Assembly (NCBI RefSeq): GCF_006345805.1
Contig: NW_021832128.1
Coordinates: 124,001 to 188,000 of the forward strand
Source of the DNA: Octopus sinensis
Taxonomy: Eukaryota
Reading direction: 5' to 3'
Length of the DNA: 64,000 nt
In this document: positions 36,060 to 49,382 of the stretch, in pieces
How positions within the stretch are numbered: position 1 is the first letter of the stretch
Layout of the letters: each line of letters opens with the position of its first letter
The notes under the pieces: generated by a model
Databases searched by the model: none
The model's input: the letters and a program-made list of their open reading frames with translations, nothing else
Told to the model about the DNA's origin: nothing
Position numbers and translations under genes: made by a program

Positions 36060-39000
36060 CTACAGATTTCTGGGTAAATTTTCATTTACCGATTTCTGCC
36101 ACCTCCCCCGACTTTGGATGATCGTAACTTTCAGAAAATGGATATTTTTAAATAAAATTTTCTACGAATATGTATTATATCATTTAAATTCCGAATATAC
36201 AAAATTTTAGGATTTGTGGGGGAAGCGTTTTAGGAGGGAATAGGGTGGGGAATTTCAGAAAATTTACCGGAGTCCACTTCGTCTTAACTTTCAAGTAAAT
36301 AGATATTTTTAAATGAAATCCTCCACAAATATACCTCGGACTATCTAGATTCCGAGGATATAGGAATTTGGGGGTGGGGAATAACTGGAGGTTATTTCTG
36401 AGAACTGTTCCCCACTTAGGGGTGTTTCGGAACAAATTCATATTTGTTTCATTTTGTGCGTTTGTGCATCCATAGATTTCCACTGAAGCAACTAACAGGC
36501 AATGAAGCCCTCACCAGAAAACTCGTTATGCTAAAAATAACAGCTAAAGTTCTGGTACACAGAAAGATGGATCTTTTCTGTTTGACGGACGGAATTTTCT
36601 AGTTAACTAAAAAATTTGAAACTTTGTATACTGGTAGAATGTGTCAAACCCCAATGCTTATTTTTTAAAACTCTGGTACTTATTCTGTTGAACTTTTTTG
36701 CTGAACTGCTAAAATTCCGTCCATCAAACAGAAAAGATCCAAGATATATTATCAAAGAAAAAGCCATAGCACCATCTTTAGTATCTGTTATTATTATTAT
36801 TATGGAGTTGAATGTGTGTGTGTGGTGAAGTTATTAATATCAATACATTAACCAACACCATTGAAGTGAATTAATAGTTTCTATACTTTTGGTTTGGCAC
36901 TGCTGAATTGAGTCAAAGACTATATAATACAAGTCAGCAGAAAAAAAAAAAAAAAGAAAATGCGATATCCATAACAATAACGAAATAAGACCTCCAAACA
37001 GTAACCCTTGTGTTTAAAATCTCCCTAACAAAAAGAAGAGAGGTTGTTTGGCTATGGACTACATCAAAAAGTTTGCTTAAATCAAGTAAACTTATGAACC
37101 AAAGGTAGCCTAGCCATGAACATCTCAATGGTTTTCTTTCTTTTTGTCAGACATGGCTGTGTGGTTAAGATGGTTTCAAGTTCAGTTTCACTGCATGGCA
37201 ATTTGGACAAGTGCCTTCTACTCTACCAGGCTGACCAGTGCCCAGTGAAAGAATTTGGTAGCTAGAAACTGTGCAAGTCTGTTGTATGTGTGTGTGTCTT
37301 TGTACCCCACCCTCACTACTTGACAACTGGCATTGGTTTGTTTACATTCCTGTAACTAAGCAGTTCAGCAAAAAAGTTCAACAGAATAAGTACCAGAGTT
37401 TAAAAAAATAAGCATTGGGGTTTGACACATTCTACCAGTATACGAAGTTTCAAATTTTTTAGTTAACTAGAAAATTCCGTCCATCAAACAGAAAAGATCC
37501 TATATCTTTCTTGCTTATTTAAATTCAGTTCAATGCACACTTGCCTTGAACCAACCATTTCTCTTTGTGTTTATGTTCTTGATAATTGTTTAGAACAAGT
37601 TGTTTTACACCTATTACACTTTTTATTTGTGGCCGGGTCAAACCCGGAACATTCACGATGTGAATTTTCCGAGTCCTCTCCCCACCCCCCTTTCGTAAGC
37701 GCGCATTTTTTTGTCATATTCGTTTAGAGCAAGTTGTGTTACACCTATTACACTATTTTTTTTTGTTTTTGTGCCCTCGTCAGACGCTTTCGGAAATGCG
37801 CTTTATCGAGCGCGCATTTTTTTCTCTTTTTATGTCATATTCGTTTAGAACAAGTTGTTTTACACATATTACACAATTTTTTTTGTTTTTGTGCCCGGGT
37901 CAGACCCTCAGGCGCTTTCGGAAATTCACGATGTGAATTTTCCGAGGCCTCTCTCCCACCCACCCCTTTCAAGAGCGCGCATTTTTTTGCCATATTCGTT
38001 TAGAGGAAGTTGTTTTACACCTATTTCACTATCTTTTTTGTTTGTTTTTATGACAGGGTCAACGTTTTAGTTTGACTGAAATAATTCCCCCTTTGAACTT
38101 TTTTAATTGCGTATATATATATATGTGTGTGTGTGTGTGTGCGCGCGCACTCGTGCGCAGAAATCTACGGATGCCCAAACGCACAAAACGAAAAAAATCA
38201 AATATGGACGACTTGTTCCGAAACACCCCCGAATGGGGAACAGTTCTCAAAAATAACCCCCAATTGTTTTTTCCCCAAAATTCCTGTACCCGGAATCTCC
38301 ATAATCCGAAGTATATTTGTTGAGGATTTCATTAAAAAATATCCAATTTAAGTGGACACCTGTGAATTTTCCGAAATTTCCCACCCCATCCCCTCCTAAA
38401 GCATTTGTATATTTGGAATCTACATGATATAACACATATTCGTAGAAAATTTCATTAAAAAGTATCCATTTTTCTGAAAGTTATGATCATCCAAAGTCGG
38501 GGGTTGGGGTCAGAAATCTGTAGTTAAGCCCCTTGACAAATGGAGTGCGTTAACCCCTACTGATTTTACTGCTGCTCCTGAATTCCTATAAGAAATACGG
38601 TTAATATATCGGGTAAGACCTGGTCACGGAAAAAAAAAAAAGTATCTTTTAAGTGTTAAAAAAAAAAAAAACCAATATGAAAGCAAAAATTTGCACAAAC
38701 GAACAGGGGTGGGAGGAGAGGACTTTCGGAAAATTCACAAGATCCGATTTTTCCCTCATAACTTTCAGGAAAATGGATATATATTAATGAATAGAAATAC
38801 CGTTCAAATGGCACAGATTACGATTATACCTCGGACTGGGTTTTACCCTATATATTAACCAAAAATACTAAGGCATTTATGGAAAAAATTGATAAATATA
38901 AAATTTAATTACAGGATTAGATATCATTTCAGCATACCTCCACATGTGCCCCCGCCACCCGACTTCTTCGTAACTTTCAGAGAAATAGATATCTTTCGAT

Positions 39001-39530
39001 GAAGTTTTCTACAAATATGCTTCAAATGGTATAGATTCCTATTATATCAGAATTTGTGTTGAAAAAACAATTTTTCCAAGGGCGGGATGAGGAAATTAAG
39101 AAAATTTACATGAGTCGTCTTTGTTTCTTCATAACTTTCAGCAAATTGGATATTTTTTCATGAAATTTTCTATAAATATCTTTCAGAGTGTGTAAATTAT
39201 GATTACATCGTTATTTAACCTGAAAAAGAAAATTAGTGTGCACACACACATACATACTGACACAAGTCACAATTGTTTTACGGAATTTCGAGTTTCATTT
39301 TGTAGATATCTATGATGTGTGTATGTATTTTTTCTGAAAGTTATGAGGAAAAAAAGCCGATGCATGTGAATTTTTCGAAACTCACGAAATTTTTTTTTTT
39401 TTTTTTTTTATCACAGCAAATTCTGATATAATCGGAATCTACACTGTCTGAAGCGTATTTGTCGAACATTTCACAAAAAAAATATCCATTTTTCTGTAAG
39501 TTATGAAGAGACAAAGCCAGTGGGACACAC
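36060..39530. repeat. Cluster of non-autonomous DNA-element fragments with internal subrepeats in both orientations, plus a SINE at ~37150-37430
   Basis: ~36060-36485 is the inverse of ~38160-38520. 36566-36712 is the inverse of 37359-37500. Recurring AAATATCCATTTTTCTGAAAGTTATGA motif. Confidence 0.65.
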
Positions 39531-39884
39531 ATGTGGAGGTATCCTTAAAAATAGAAACTTACTGTTTATTTTAGCCGACTTTGTTTATGTTATTTAACTC
39601 CATATCTGTTCTGATTGAGCAGACCTATGACCAAGGGAATTCCAATCTTTTTAGGAGTACATTATTTATTGCCATCCTTTAAAGCAGAAATATTTGAACA
39701 TAAAAGAACCCTCATTACTGGTTTATAGGGGTTATTTGTTTCTTATAGGTATGCAGGTAATGTGAGAGTTAAAAAAAGAGAGTTTTAAACTGCTTAAACT
39801 TGTCCAACTTGGTAGCAAAGTTTTGGTATGGCTAGCCCTTGAAATCCCATGCCTCATGAGAGTAGAAAAGAGTGGAATAATTTG

Positions 39885-42800
39885 TGAAATGAAGGAAATA
39901 AAACAAAGTTAACAATCAAAATAAGTATTCTTTATTCCAACATAAGACCTTGGGGAAAGGTTCTTCTTGAAATAAATATTAACAGGATTATTATTGCAAA
40001 GAAAAGTTAATTAGAAACTGTTGATACTATTATGCCTGGCACATCCTACTACATTATATATGCCTGCAAAGGTTTCCTTATAGAATAGTCTAGAGGACAC
40101 TCAAAAGAATCATATAATTCTCCCCAACCAAAATATTTTCTCTGAGTGAACATACTTGAACAGTGAATATTTACACGTCATGCCAAACTGGGGGTCGCCT
40201 CGCATGCTGGGACCGACATAATGGTAACTGGATAGGCTCAAGAGAGTTGAAGAAGTTTGGATCTGGTGAGTTCATTAGGGTTTGGTCAGAAGAGTTGTTT
40301 GGGGAAGACCCAACAGGAACTAAATTTGATTCACATTTGTCGACTGTTGGATTATTACTGGTCATTTGATTTTTCAATACGCTATTGGGAACTTTGTGGT
40401 CTCTCACTGCATGGTTCTAGATCACGCAGTGATACATTACTTTCACGACCATCTGGATATTGGATACAGGATACTGGGGGTTTGATTCAATCAAATGAAC
40501 CTTGTCATCCTTATTTTGACTGGCGAATATAACATTTCAATAAGACAGGACCTGGATTACTCAACCATGTTGGAATTGATGTCCCATTTAGAGATCTTCT
40601 TGCAAAATTGAACTTTCATTCATGAGAAGTAATATTTGTTGCTGTACAAAGTAGGGAGCAGATCGAGTGAAGTGCATCTGGCAAAACAACCTCCCAAAAT
40701 TTCACATCAAGTTTTCTGGAGCAACAGGCAAATTTAATTACTTTCCAAATGATATCATTGTATCGTTCATACCGTCCATTCCCTCTTGGGTTATATGGGC
40801 ATGTTTTACTAGTGGCAACATTTTTACTGTGAAGCCATCCTTTCAATTCCTCCAACATAAAGCAGCAGCCTCTATCCAAATGCACATATCTAGGCATACT
40901 GAATACTAAGAATATTGAGCAAAGACTCTTGATGACTGTTGGAGTTCTAGTGTCTCCACTTGGAATAGCAAAAAGAAATCTAGAATATTCAACTTCTGTT
41001 AAAATATATTTGTTATGAGTAGCAGATGGAAGTGGATCTTTAAAATCTAAGTTCATTCTCTCAAATGGTTGAGTTGCTTTCTCTAGACTCATGTTAGAAG
41101 GCTTTAAAAAATGAGGTTTACTTTCAGCACAGGTTTTACAAGAGGAAATCATTACTTTGATTTCATCAAGCGATACTAGAATGTTTTTGGTTTTCACATA
41201 GTGATACATTCATGTTACATCCAGTGGCAATGGGAATTATGTAATTCAGCAAGTTGATTAGAACTGACAGCAGAGGAAAACAGTCGAGTCAAGGAATCAG
41301 CTGGTTTGTTCTCATTACCTGGGCAATACTGAATGTCAAAGTTATATCCTGAAAGTTCCAACCATCATCTTTGAATTTTGTCATTTTTTATTTTGCCGAT
41401 ATGTTTACCATCAAACATAAAGCTTATTGATTTTTGATCTATAATAAGAGTGAATCATTTCCAGCTTAAGTAGTGTTTCCAGTGGCGTATAGATTCTATA
41501 ATTGAGGCAGCTTCTATCTCAACTAAAGGATGTTTTAACTCGGACTTCTACAAGATGCATGAGATAAAAGCAACATGCCTTCCTCCTTGGTTTAATGTTG
41601 CAGCTATTGCAAAATTAGAGGTATCTGTCTCCGCAACAAAGGGTAAAGTTTCATCTACAGCCACAATTACTGAGCCCTCAATGTCTTTCTTTAGTTGAAG
41701 AAAACATTCAAGTGCAGCTCCAGAGATAGAAAATGTATTGCTGCTTAGAAGTTTAATTTTGCCTGAAAAATTAGGTATCCATTTGGAATAGTATGCAAAT
41801 AAACTGACTACTCTTTTTTGAAGTTTAAAATTGTGAGGAGCAGGCAAATCTCTCAAAGGTTCAAGGTGTTCTGGATCTGGTTTGATCTCTTTTTGAGATA
41901 CCTCACAACCCAAAAGCTGAATTTTCTAAATGGAGAATACACACTTGTTCTTGTTAGATTTAAGTTTATTTTGCTTAACCCTTTAGCACTTAAACTGGCC
42001 ATATCCGGCCAAAAGTATTCTGCCTATTTTATGTTCAAACTGACTGGATCTGGTCTCTCACACCAACCCTACAATATTGTTCTAGAAATTAACAGCTACC
42101 TCATCAAAATCTCATAGCTACAAGATAATGCATGATTAGATCAAAACAATGATGATGAAAAAGCATTAATTTTGGCAGAATAATGCGAACACTAAAGGGT
42201 TAACAGCTTCCATGAATGCAGCAAGGTTAACGTTATGATCACTCTGGTCAGTGCCACAGACAGTGATGTTGCCTAAATATGCAAATGTGGCTATTAGATT
42301 GTTTGCAGATATAAATTTATCTATAGATCATTGAAAACAAGCAACACCATTAGTTATTCCTCGTGGTATTCTCGTAAATTGCCACAGTTTGCTGTTAGCT
42401 TCAAAAGTGGTGAACTTTTTATCTTCATCACGAAGAAGAACTTGGTAGTATGCATGTTTGAAATCAATGGTTCTGTATACACTATAATTCACAATGTTAT
42501 TGATCTGATCAGAAATCCAAGGTAGTGGGTATGCATCCATTAAGTTGAGTGAAATGTTTTACTGTCTGGAAATAATCCACAACCATCTTTGTTTTTTTTT
42601 TTGGTGTTCTTTGGCAGCAACAACTTGGCTCGATAATGCCTTCAGCCAAGAGACATTGGACTTCCAACTTGATAAAATCTCGATTTGGCTTACTGTAATA
42701 ATGAGATTTAACAGCAATTGGTTTACAATCTGCTGATAAATTATTGAATAATTCAGGTGGAGTAACCAATAATGTTGACAATCCACATAACTCAACATTG

Positions 42801-44121
42801 AGGCTTTTATGTTGAGAAAGTATATCCTGACCAATAATGATGTCCATGCAGAGTGACTGAGTACAGTCCTGAAGACATAAAGTGACCATGACACATCCAA
42901 TGACAATTTCTTTCAGTGAAGGCTCTGTCATGGCTACTGTAGATGAAGCTGAAGTTACTTTCAACTGTAACTAGTTAGCAAGTCATTTAGAAATGAAGTT
43001 ATTTGAGCTTCCAGTATCAACTAATGTGTCAGCAACCACAGAATTAATTTTTACATGGATTATTGTTTTCCGAAAGCTGTTGGGAGAGGCAGCTAGAGTG
43101 GGATCTACCTTCTGAAGAACATATTAAAAATGCAGACAGAGTTGCAGATGTATTTGAACTTTTAGCAGAAGAGGACCTACATACCTTAGAGAAATGTCCT
43201 AATTTCCCACAATTATTACAAATCGCTTCTCAAGCGGGGCAATGTGTCCAATCATGTCTATTGACACCACAGAAAAAACAATTTCCTTTCATTTTAGTGA
43301 ATCCTGCATTTAGTTGTAATTCATTATTAACTGCTCTTAAAGCTGATGAATTGTATGCATCTGAGGTTTTCTGAGCTACCTCTAGAGTCTGACTGGGTGA
43401 CTGCTGCGTCAAGTGTTATGGTTGTATTTTGTAATAGACTCTGTTGAATGGGATGAGATATAAGTCCATTGATAAAAGCATCTCTAATCATTTCTTGTTG
43501 ATAAATTACTCCAGTTACATCCTTGAAGGTACGATCTTTGGCAAACAACCGCAAAGCACTGAGATATTCATCAAAGCTTTCTCCTAGCTGTTGATGTCTA
43601 GTAGCCAAGCAGTGTCAAGCATATATCTCATTCCTTGGCGCAATATGTAATTTCTCAAGGTTTGCGATTGCCATGTCATAATTAGTGCAATCAGAAATGA
43701 ATTTGAATACTGTTGGTGACACAAAATTAATAAGGATATCAAATTTGTTCACAGCATCATGATTTGCACTTACCAAAGTAAGGAAGCTTGTGAAAGTTCT
43801 CTTCCAGTGTACCCATGCCTTGTTAGACCCTTTAGTGCTTGGTATGGCGTCGAGTGTTTAGGACGTAAAAGTTTATCCATAATATTTAGATTGAAATGAA
43901 GGAAATAAAACAAAGTTAATAATCAAAATAAGTATTCTTTATTCCAACATAAGACCTTGGGGAAAGAGGTTCTTCCTGAAATAAATATTAACAGGATTAC
44001 TACGGAAAAGAAAAGTTAGAAAATATTGATACTATTATGTCCAGCACATCCTACTACATTATATATGCCTGCAGAGGTTTCCTTATAAAATAGTCTAGAG
44101 AACATTCAGAAGAATCATACA
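39885..44121 (-). mobile_element. Full-length but decayed Ty3/gypsy LTR retrotransposon (antisense, in AAGAB intron 1)
   Basis: LTRs 39885-40116 and 43892-44121 (5' LTR TG..CA). Gag with CFFCG..H..CPA and CNNCGKLGHFSKVC knuckles, protease LVDTGSS, RT DAYPLP..IDFKHAYYQV, RNase H ETDTSNFAIAATL and integrase CKTCAESKP..RGNGRYERYN. PPT GGTTGGGGAG. Confidence 0.92.
41979..42199. mobile_element. 221-bp piggyBac-like MITE
   Basis: TTAA|CCCTTTAG..CTAAAGGG|TTAA. Removal restores the gypsy RT frame (EAVKQNKLK). Confidence 0.88.
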
Positions 44122-44316
44122 GTTGGATTTTTGCAGTTTTTTTTTTCTTTCTTGTGATTTTATTTGTATAAAACACAGGAATACAGAAAATAAAGAAAAA
44201 AAATACCTTTTAATATTGACTGACAAAATTTGTAGAGCACTATGCCAATTCAAAAAAATTGTTTCAGCTCTATGCTCAGAATTCAGAGTCCTTTAATTGG
44301 TTATGTATGCCAAATT

Positions 44317-45511
44317 TATTGGGTTTGTAAAAAAGTCCATTGCTTTTTTTTTAAGTAAAAACATTAACTATAATTAGATAGTTGTATATTACTCAACCAC
44401 ATTTTCCCCATTTTGTTCCATTATCTTTTGCCATCTTTGAGGCAGCTTCATGATCCCATCCTCCCAGAAATTGGCATCTTTCTGGTTCATGAACTGGTCT
44501 AAGTAGTTTTTACACTTTTTTAAAGAATCAAAGTTCTTCCCATTAAGAGAATTATGCAGGGATCAGATAAATAATAATCCAAAGGTGCAAAGTCAGGTGA
44601 ATATGGTGGGTGGGGTAGGACATCCCACCAAAGCTGCACCAACTTCTGCCTGCTCTGCAAAGAAACATGCAGTCTGGTGTTGTCCTGATATAAGACAGCA
44701 CCCTTTTGGTTAGCTAATTCTGGACATTTTTCATCAATTGCCCTCTTTAATCAGTCTAATTGGGAACAATGATAGTCTGAATTTAATGTCCTTCCAGTCC
44801 CACCAGATACAGAGCATCACCTTCTTCAGATACAGACCAGCTTTTGGAGAGATTGAAGGCAGTTCATTTCATTTTCTCCCAGGACCTTTTTCATTTATGT
44901 TGTTGTAAATAATCCATTTCTCATCACACATGATCATTCTTTACAAAAATCAATTTTTTTTTTCATCTGAGCAGAGAATCGCAGATGGAAATATGGAAAT
45001 GATTTCTATTAAGTTTTTTCCATTAAGTTATGAGGCACCCAAATATCATAACAGTTCATGTAACCAAGTGTTTGTAACTGCATTATAATGCTCACATGAG
45101 ATACATGGAGAATCTCTGTGATGTCTCATAATATATGACATGAATTGTTTTTTATTAAAGTCTGTAGGCCTGCTGGAACATTCACAATCTTCCAGGTCAA
45201 AATTTTCAGTTATAAACCTAGCAAACCACTTTCGAACAGTACTTTCATCTATGACACCATCTCCATAAACAGCACATATCGTCTTTGTTGTTTGTGGAGT
45301 GCTTTTTCCTTTGTGAAATGATGAAAATGTATTTCATTTTCCTTCATTTTCAGTTTTATCATAAGAACTGTAGAAGTAAATAATCTCCACAAAATTCAAA
45401 TAGAAAAATGTGTGAAGATCTCTTTCAGAAAATATATATATGTGATATGTTCCTGTCGCGTGATTAAATTTCAACTGAAAGATGCTACAAACTTTTTTTG
45501 CCAACCTAATA
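44317..45511 (-). mobile_element. Decayed mariner transposon
   Basis: TIRs TATTGGGTTTG../..CCAACCTAATA with TA ends. CDEKWIIYNN, a degenerate HPPYSPDLAP-like region and WEDGIMKLPQRWQKIMEQNG. Confidence 0.85.
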
Positions 45512-46429
45512 AATCATGATAAATACCATAATATCTAATCTTGATTAACTGACTTTTCCAGCCTGTTTGAGTTTTATGCTACATATCCCCTTTGGAAAGG
45601 TAGAAATATAATTATCATCTCATAACCTTACTTTTATATATATGTTTGTTATTTTCATTACATTTTATAATGTGAACAATTAGCAGTAAAGTGGAATAAA
45701 AATAGAATTTGCAATATTTATTTATGTCTCTTCGTGTATAAAGTTCAGATATGTAAGCTTAGTTTTAAGAGGGGAGTGTAGCTAATTAAGGAGATCCCAG
45801 TACATACTGTATTTGAACTTAGAACACAAAGAGTTGCATATGAATTCAGCAACTCCATTTTTATGTTACATTTACTACATAATGAACTTGTTGATAACAA
45901 TAAGTTTTATGAACCACAACAAATGTCTGGACATAAGTTGGCTCAAAGAGAAACAAAAGACATAAGAGAAGCATGCTTAAACAACACATATAGGAGCAAG
46001 CAAAAAGGACTAAAACAGCACTTGCTAAAAATGAAAGGGGCTTGGCCTCTTGTAACTGTTTGAGGTGAGGCAACAGAAGCTTCATGTACCACATATTTGC
46101 CCACAGGCTCATTGATTTCTGGTTCCTTGTTATTGTACCCAATATGAGCAAGTTGTGAGTTCATAGGTCACAAGAAATGGCATGCTGAGAAGTTAGTATG
46201 TACTTACAAGTACTAATGCACTCCCCCCACACACACACACAAAAGAAAAACTCTCAGGGCACTGAGTGCAGAAACAAAATCAACAAGACTTTGCAGGGGC
46301 CATAAAGAATAAGGACACACAGGAAATAGATTTTCTAAAATGCCCTGAAGGCATTAGAAGTAGTGGATAATTTCAGTAACCTTGGTGACCTAATTAGCAG
46401 TAATGTTTTGAAAGTATGATTGCTAAAAT

Positions 46430-46860
46430 AAGAATAGGACAGAGAGAATTCAAGGAGCTATTACTTCTATTGGCTACAAAAGGTCTCTCCCTGAATGAAA
46501 GGCAGAGTGTATGATGCTTGTATTTGAATAGCAATGCTACATGATAGTGAGATGTAGGCTGTGAATGCAGAGAATATGCAAAGACTAGAGAGTAATGAAG
46601 TTAGCACGATCCATTGACTGAGCATGTACAACAAAGTGCTAAGAGGAATCAGATGTAGTGTGCAAGAAAGATGACTGCACTGGTTTAGTCATATGATGCC
46701 TATGGATAAGGACAGTTGCATGAAGAGGTGCCAGCTACTTTTGAAAGAGGAGACCCAGGAAGACATGGAACAAAGTAGTGGAGGTTGTGCCGTACAGAAG
46801 AGATGACAAATGAATGAGACAGTTGGCAATTTGCTGTACTCAAGAAAAACATAACACAGC
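46430..46860 (+). mobile_element. Old degenerate RTE 3' fragment
   Basis: Diverged match to 27250-27720 (LATKGLSL..YDAC..KKTWNKVV). Confidence 0.65.
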
Positions 46861-47819
46861 AAATACAATGTGCTAAAAGCATTCTGATTATGTTTGTGAC
46901 CTATTCTGCCCCATTAAGCATTCCTTACGTACCCATTGCCCTGACAAACAGCCCTCCATCACCTCGCTATCTATGGCACCATCTAATGGTTGTAATGATT
47001 TGAGAGTGTTGGCACATACTACTCCTCTCACTTTCTTTACACAACCAGTTATCTCCTTCCCCATTATCCTCCTTTCTCCACCCATGCTATTTCACTGATT
47101 ACCCTTCTCTGCTTTCAATTGTCTCTCCTCTGCCACATTCCATTTTATTTCATTCTAGGCACTCTTGCATACATACCATCATTTCACACTCACTATAACC
47201 ACCCTTATGTACCCTTACATCTCCCTCCTTTCCACTCCAACATCATCCTGTTGCTCATTTCCACTCTTACACCTTGCACATCATCACCCCCATCTATCCT
47301 TTATGAGCCATTCTATCTCTCAATTTATCTCCTTTCCATATAGATATTTCCCATCAAGCATACCTCCTCTACTCCCATTTCTAATCATCTGTTACTTTCC
47401 CCTTAATGACAACCTATGTTTTGTGTTCATACAAAGGCAAACTTCAGAAACAAGCATTATATCAAAAGAGAGCTGCAGGCTACTTAAGACGAAATAAGAC
47501 AAAAAACTAAAGTTGAGTAAAAATACAACATACCAACAAAGGATACATCAGTATCACCAGATGCTGATGTCTCCTGATAATTTCTTTCAGCTCCATCTGA
47601 AATGATTATTGTCTAGAAGTCTGCTTTTATTCTGTGATTGGGAATATGTCCCACTTTGTCCATATGCATATTTTTCTATATTTTATTTTGTCTCTCCCCC
47701 TACTCCCTGGCAATACCCTGCCAGCACCTGCCACTATTCATCTCTCTCTTCCTTACTCTACCATCCTGTCTGCACCCTGATCCCTTACTTACTGCCATCC
47801 CTCCTGCTCTTGCTATCTC

Positions 47820-47857
<38 letters not shown>

Positions 47858-48222
47858 TCTTCCCTCTGGTTGAATAATCATGTATCACCTCTACAGCAAC
47901 AAACCTGTTTCTACCCTCATTCTTGATCATTCTCTCTCCCTCCTTTTGCTCTTACCTCTGGGTTGGTAACTATGTGTCTCCTTTACAGTAGCACACCTCT
48001 TTCTTGTTAACTCCCCCCTCTCTCTCTCTAGGTAACCATGCCACTCCTCTTCAGTAGTATACCTGTTTCTGCCCTCATTCTTATTAACTCTTGCTCTCTT
48101 TCTCTGGCTGGGTAACCATGTATTCCTCTACAGCAAGACATCTGTTTCTGTCACACTAACTTTTCATCATCTGACACAAGATCACCTCCTCCAATTCCCC
48201 CTCCCCTCTCAAAGATTCCTTG

Positions 48223-48494
48223 TCTTGCAAAGTTACTTGGTGACCCTGCCAGTGCAGATGTCACTTAAAAAGCACTCAATTCACACTGTAAAAACCATGC
48301 CAAAATTGACTTTGCCTGTGCAAGTGCCACATAAAATGCACTCAGCTCACTCTGTGGAGTGGTTGGTGTTAGGAAGGGCTTCAAGTTGCAAAAACCATAC
48401 CAAAAACAGACACAGAAGCATGGCACAGGCTCTTGCCTGGCCTGCTCCTGTCAAACCATCCAACCCATGTTAGCATGGAAGGATGATGATGATG
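48223..48494 (+). mobile_element. SINE with RTE-derived (GAT)n tail
   Basis: CTTGTCTTGCAAAGTTACTTGGTGACCC..CCATCCAACCCATGTTAGCATGGAAGGATGATGATGAT. Confidence 0.7.
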
Positions 48495-49200
48495 TTCCAG
48501 TAGTTCTGAGAAGAGAGACTGAATCACTAATTACAGCTGAAAGATTGATCAAAATTAGATAGACAGCAAATGCAGATTATGCCAAAAGGAGATGAAAGTA
48601 TACATGGTTGTACATGAATGCTGTTTTTTTTTGCATGCACCACACATATGACTAATATTCTTTATGGTTATTGTAGTACTTCCCATGCATGCATGGAAGA
48701 TGAACATTAAATGATAATGATTATTTTATATATTTTATCATACTCTCTGCTCATTTCCCCACCTCCCATCATGAACAACTGCACATTTTTGCCTATCTCT
48801 TTTCTTCAAATTTTTGTCTTTATAATTCTAACCATTCCTTGCAGCCTCTTAATTCATTATGTTTATGACTACACCTTCTTTATCTCAGCTCTTTCTCCTC
48901 CTCTTCCCACTTTGCATGTCTATTTGTCCATTTCTTTTGCCTTTGTGTTGTTTTCTCACTTATTTTCCATCCCACTCATTTCAACCTGGATCTTGTTACA
49001 AACTTTGCTGCCTCTTCTATCTCATTTCCCTCATTGTATACCTTGCAGACTACTCATATTACTTCTCAGTGGTTTTTCTACTTCTCTCCTATTAGAGCAA
49101 CAATGACTGAAATATCAACTAATGTAAAAATATTTTATTGACTTAATTTAAATTCCTCTTGGTGAATCTTATTAATGATAATTACTTATTGATGTTTTAG

Positions 49201-49382
49201 AATTGCTCAATGTTGAGGAGTTACCTACAAGTGAAGAAGACAATGGGTACAAGTGGAATATAAACAACAAGTACTACACTGCACAAGTACAACTGTATGC
49301 CTTGCCAGATGCCACCTCTCCAGTTTGTAGGCAATACCCTGATTCAGTACAAGCTGTTATTCTCTATTTTGATGCCAATGAG
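49201..49382 (+). CDS. AAGAB: Coding exon 2 of alpha/gamma-adaptin-binding protein p34
   Basis: TTTTAG|AA-LLNVEELPTSEEDNGYKWNINNKYYTAQVQLYALPDATSPVCRQYPDSVQAVILYFDANE|GT. Matches human WTIDNKYYSADINL..ESVQAFVVYFDSTQ. Phase 1/phase 0 boundaries agree with my recollection of human exon 2. Confidence 0.88.

Noticed and set aside
39881-44125. TSD of the gypsy element
   Set aside because: Flanks TTTG vs GTTG match only 3 of 4, so I do not claim a TSD.
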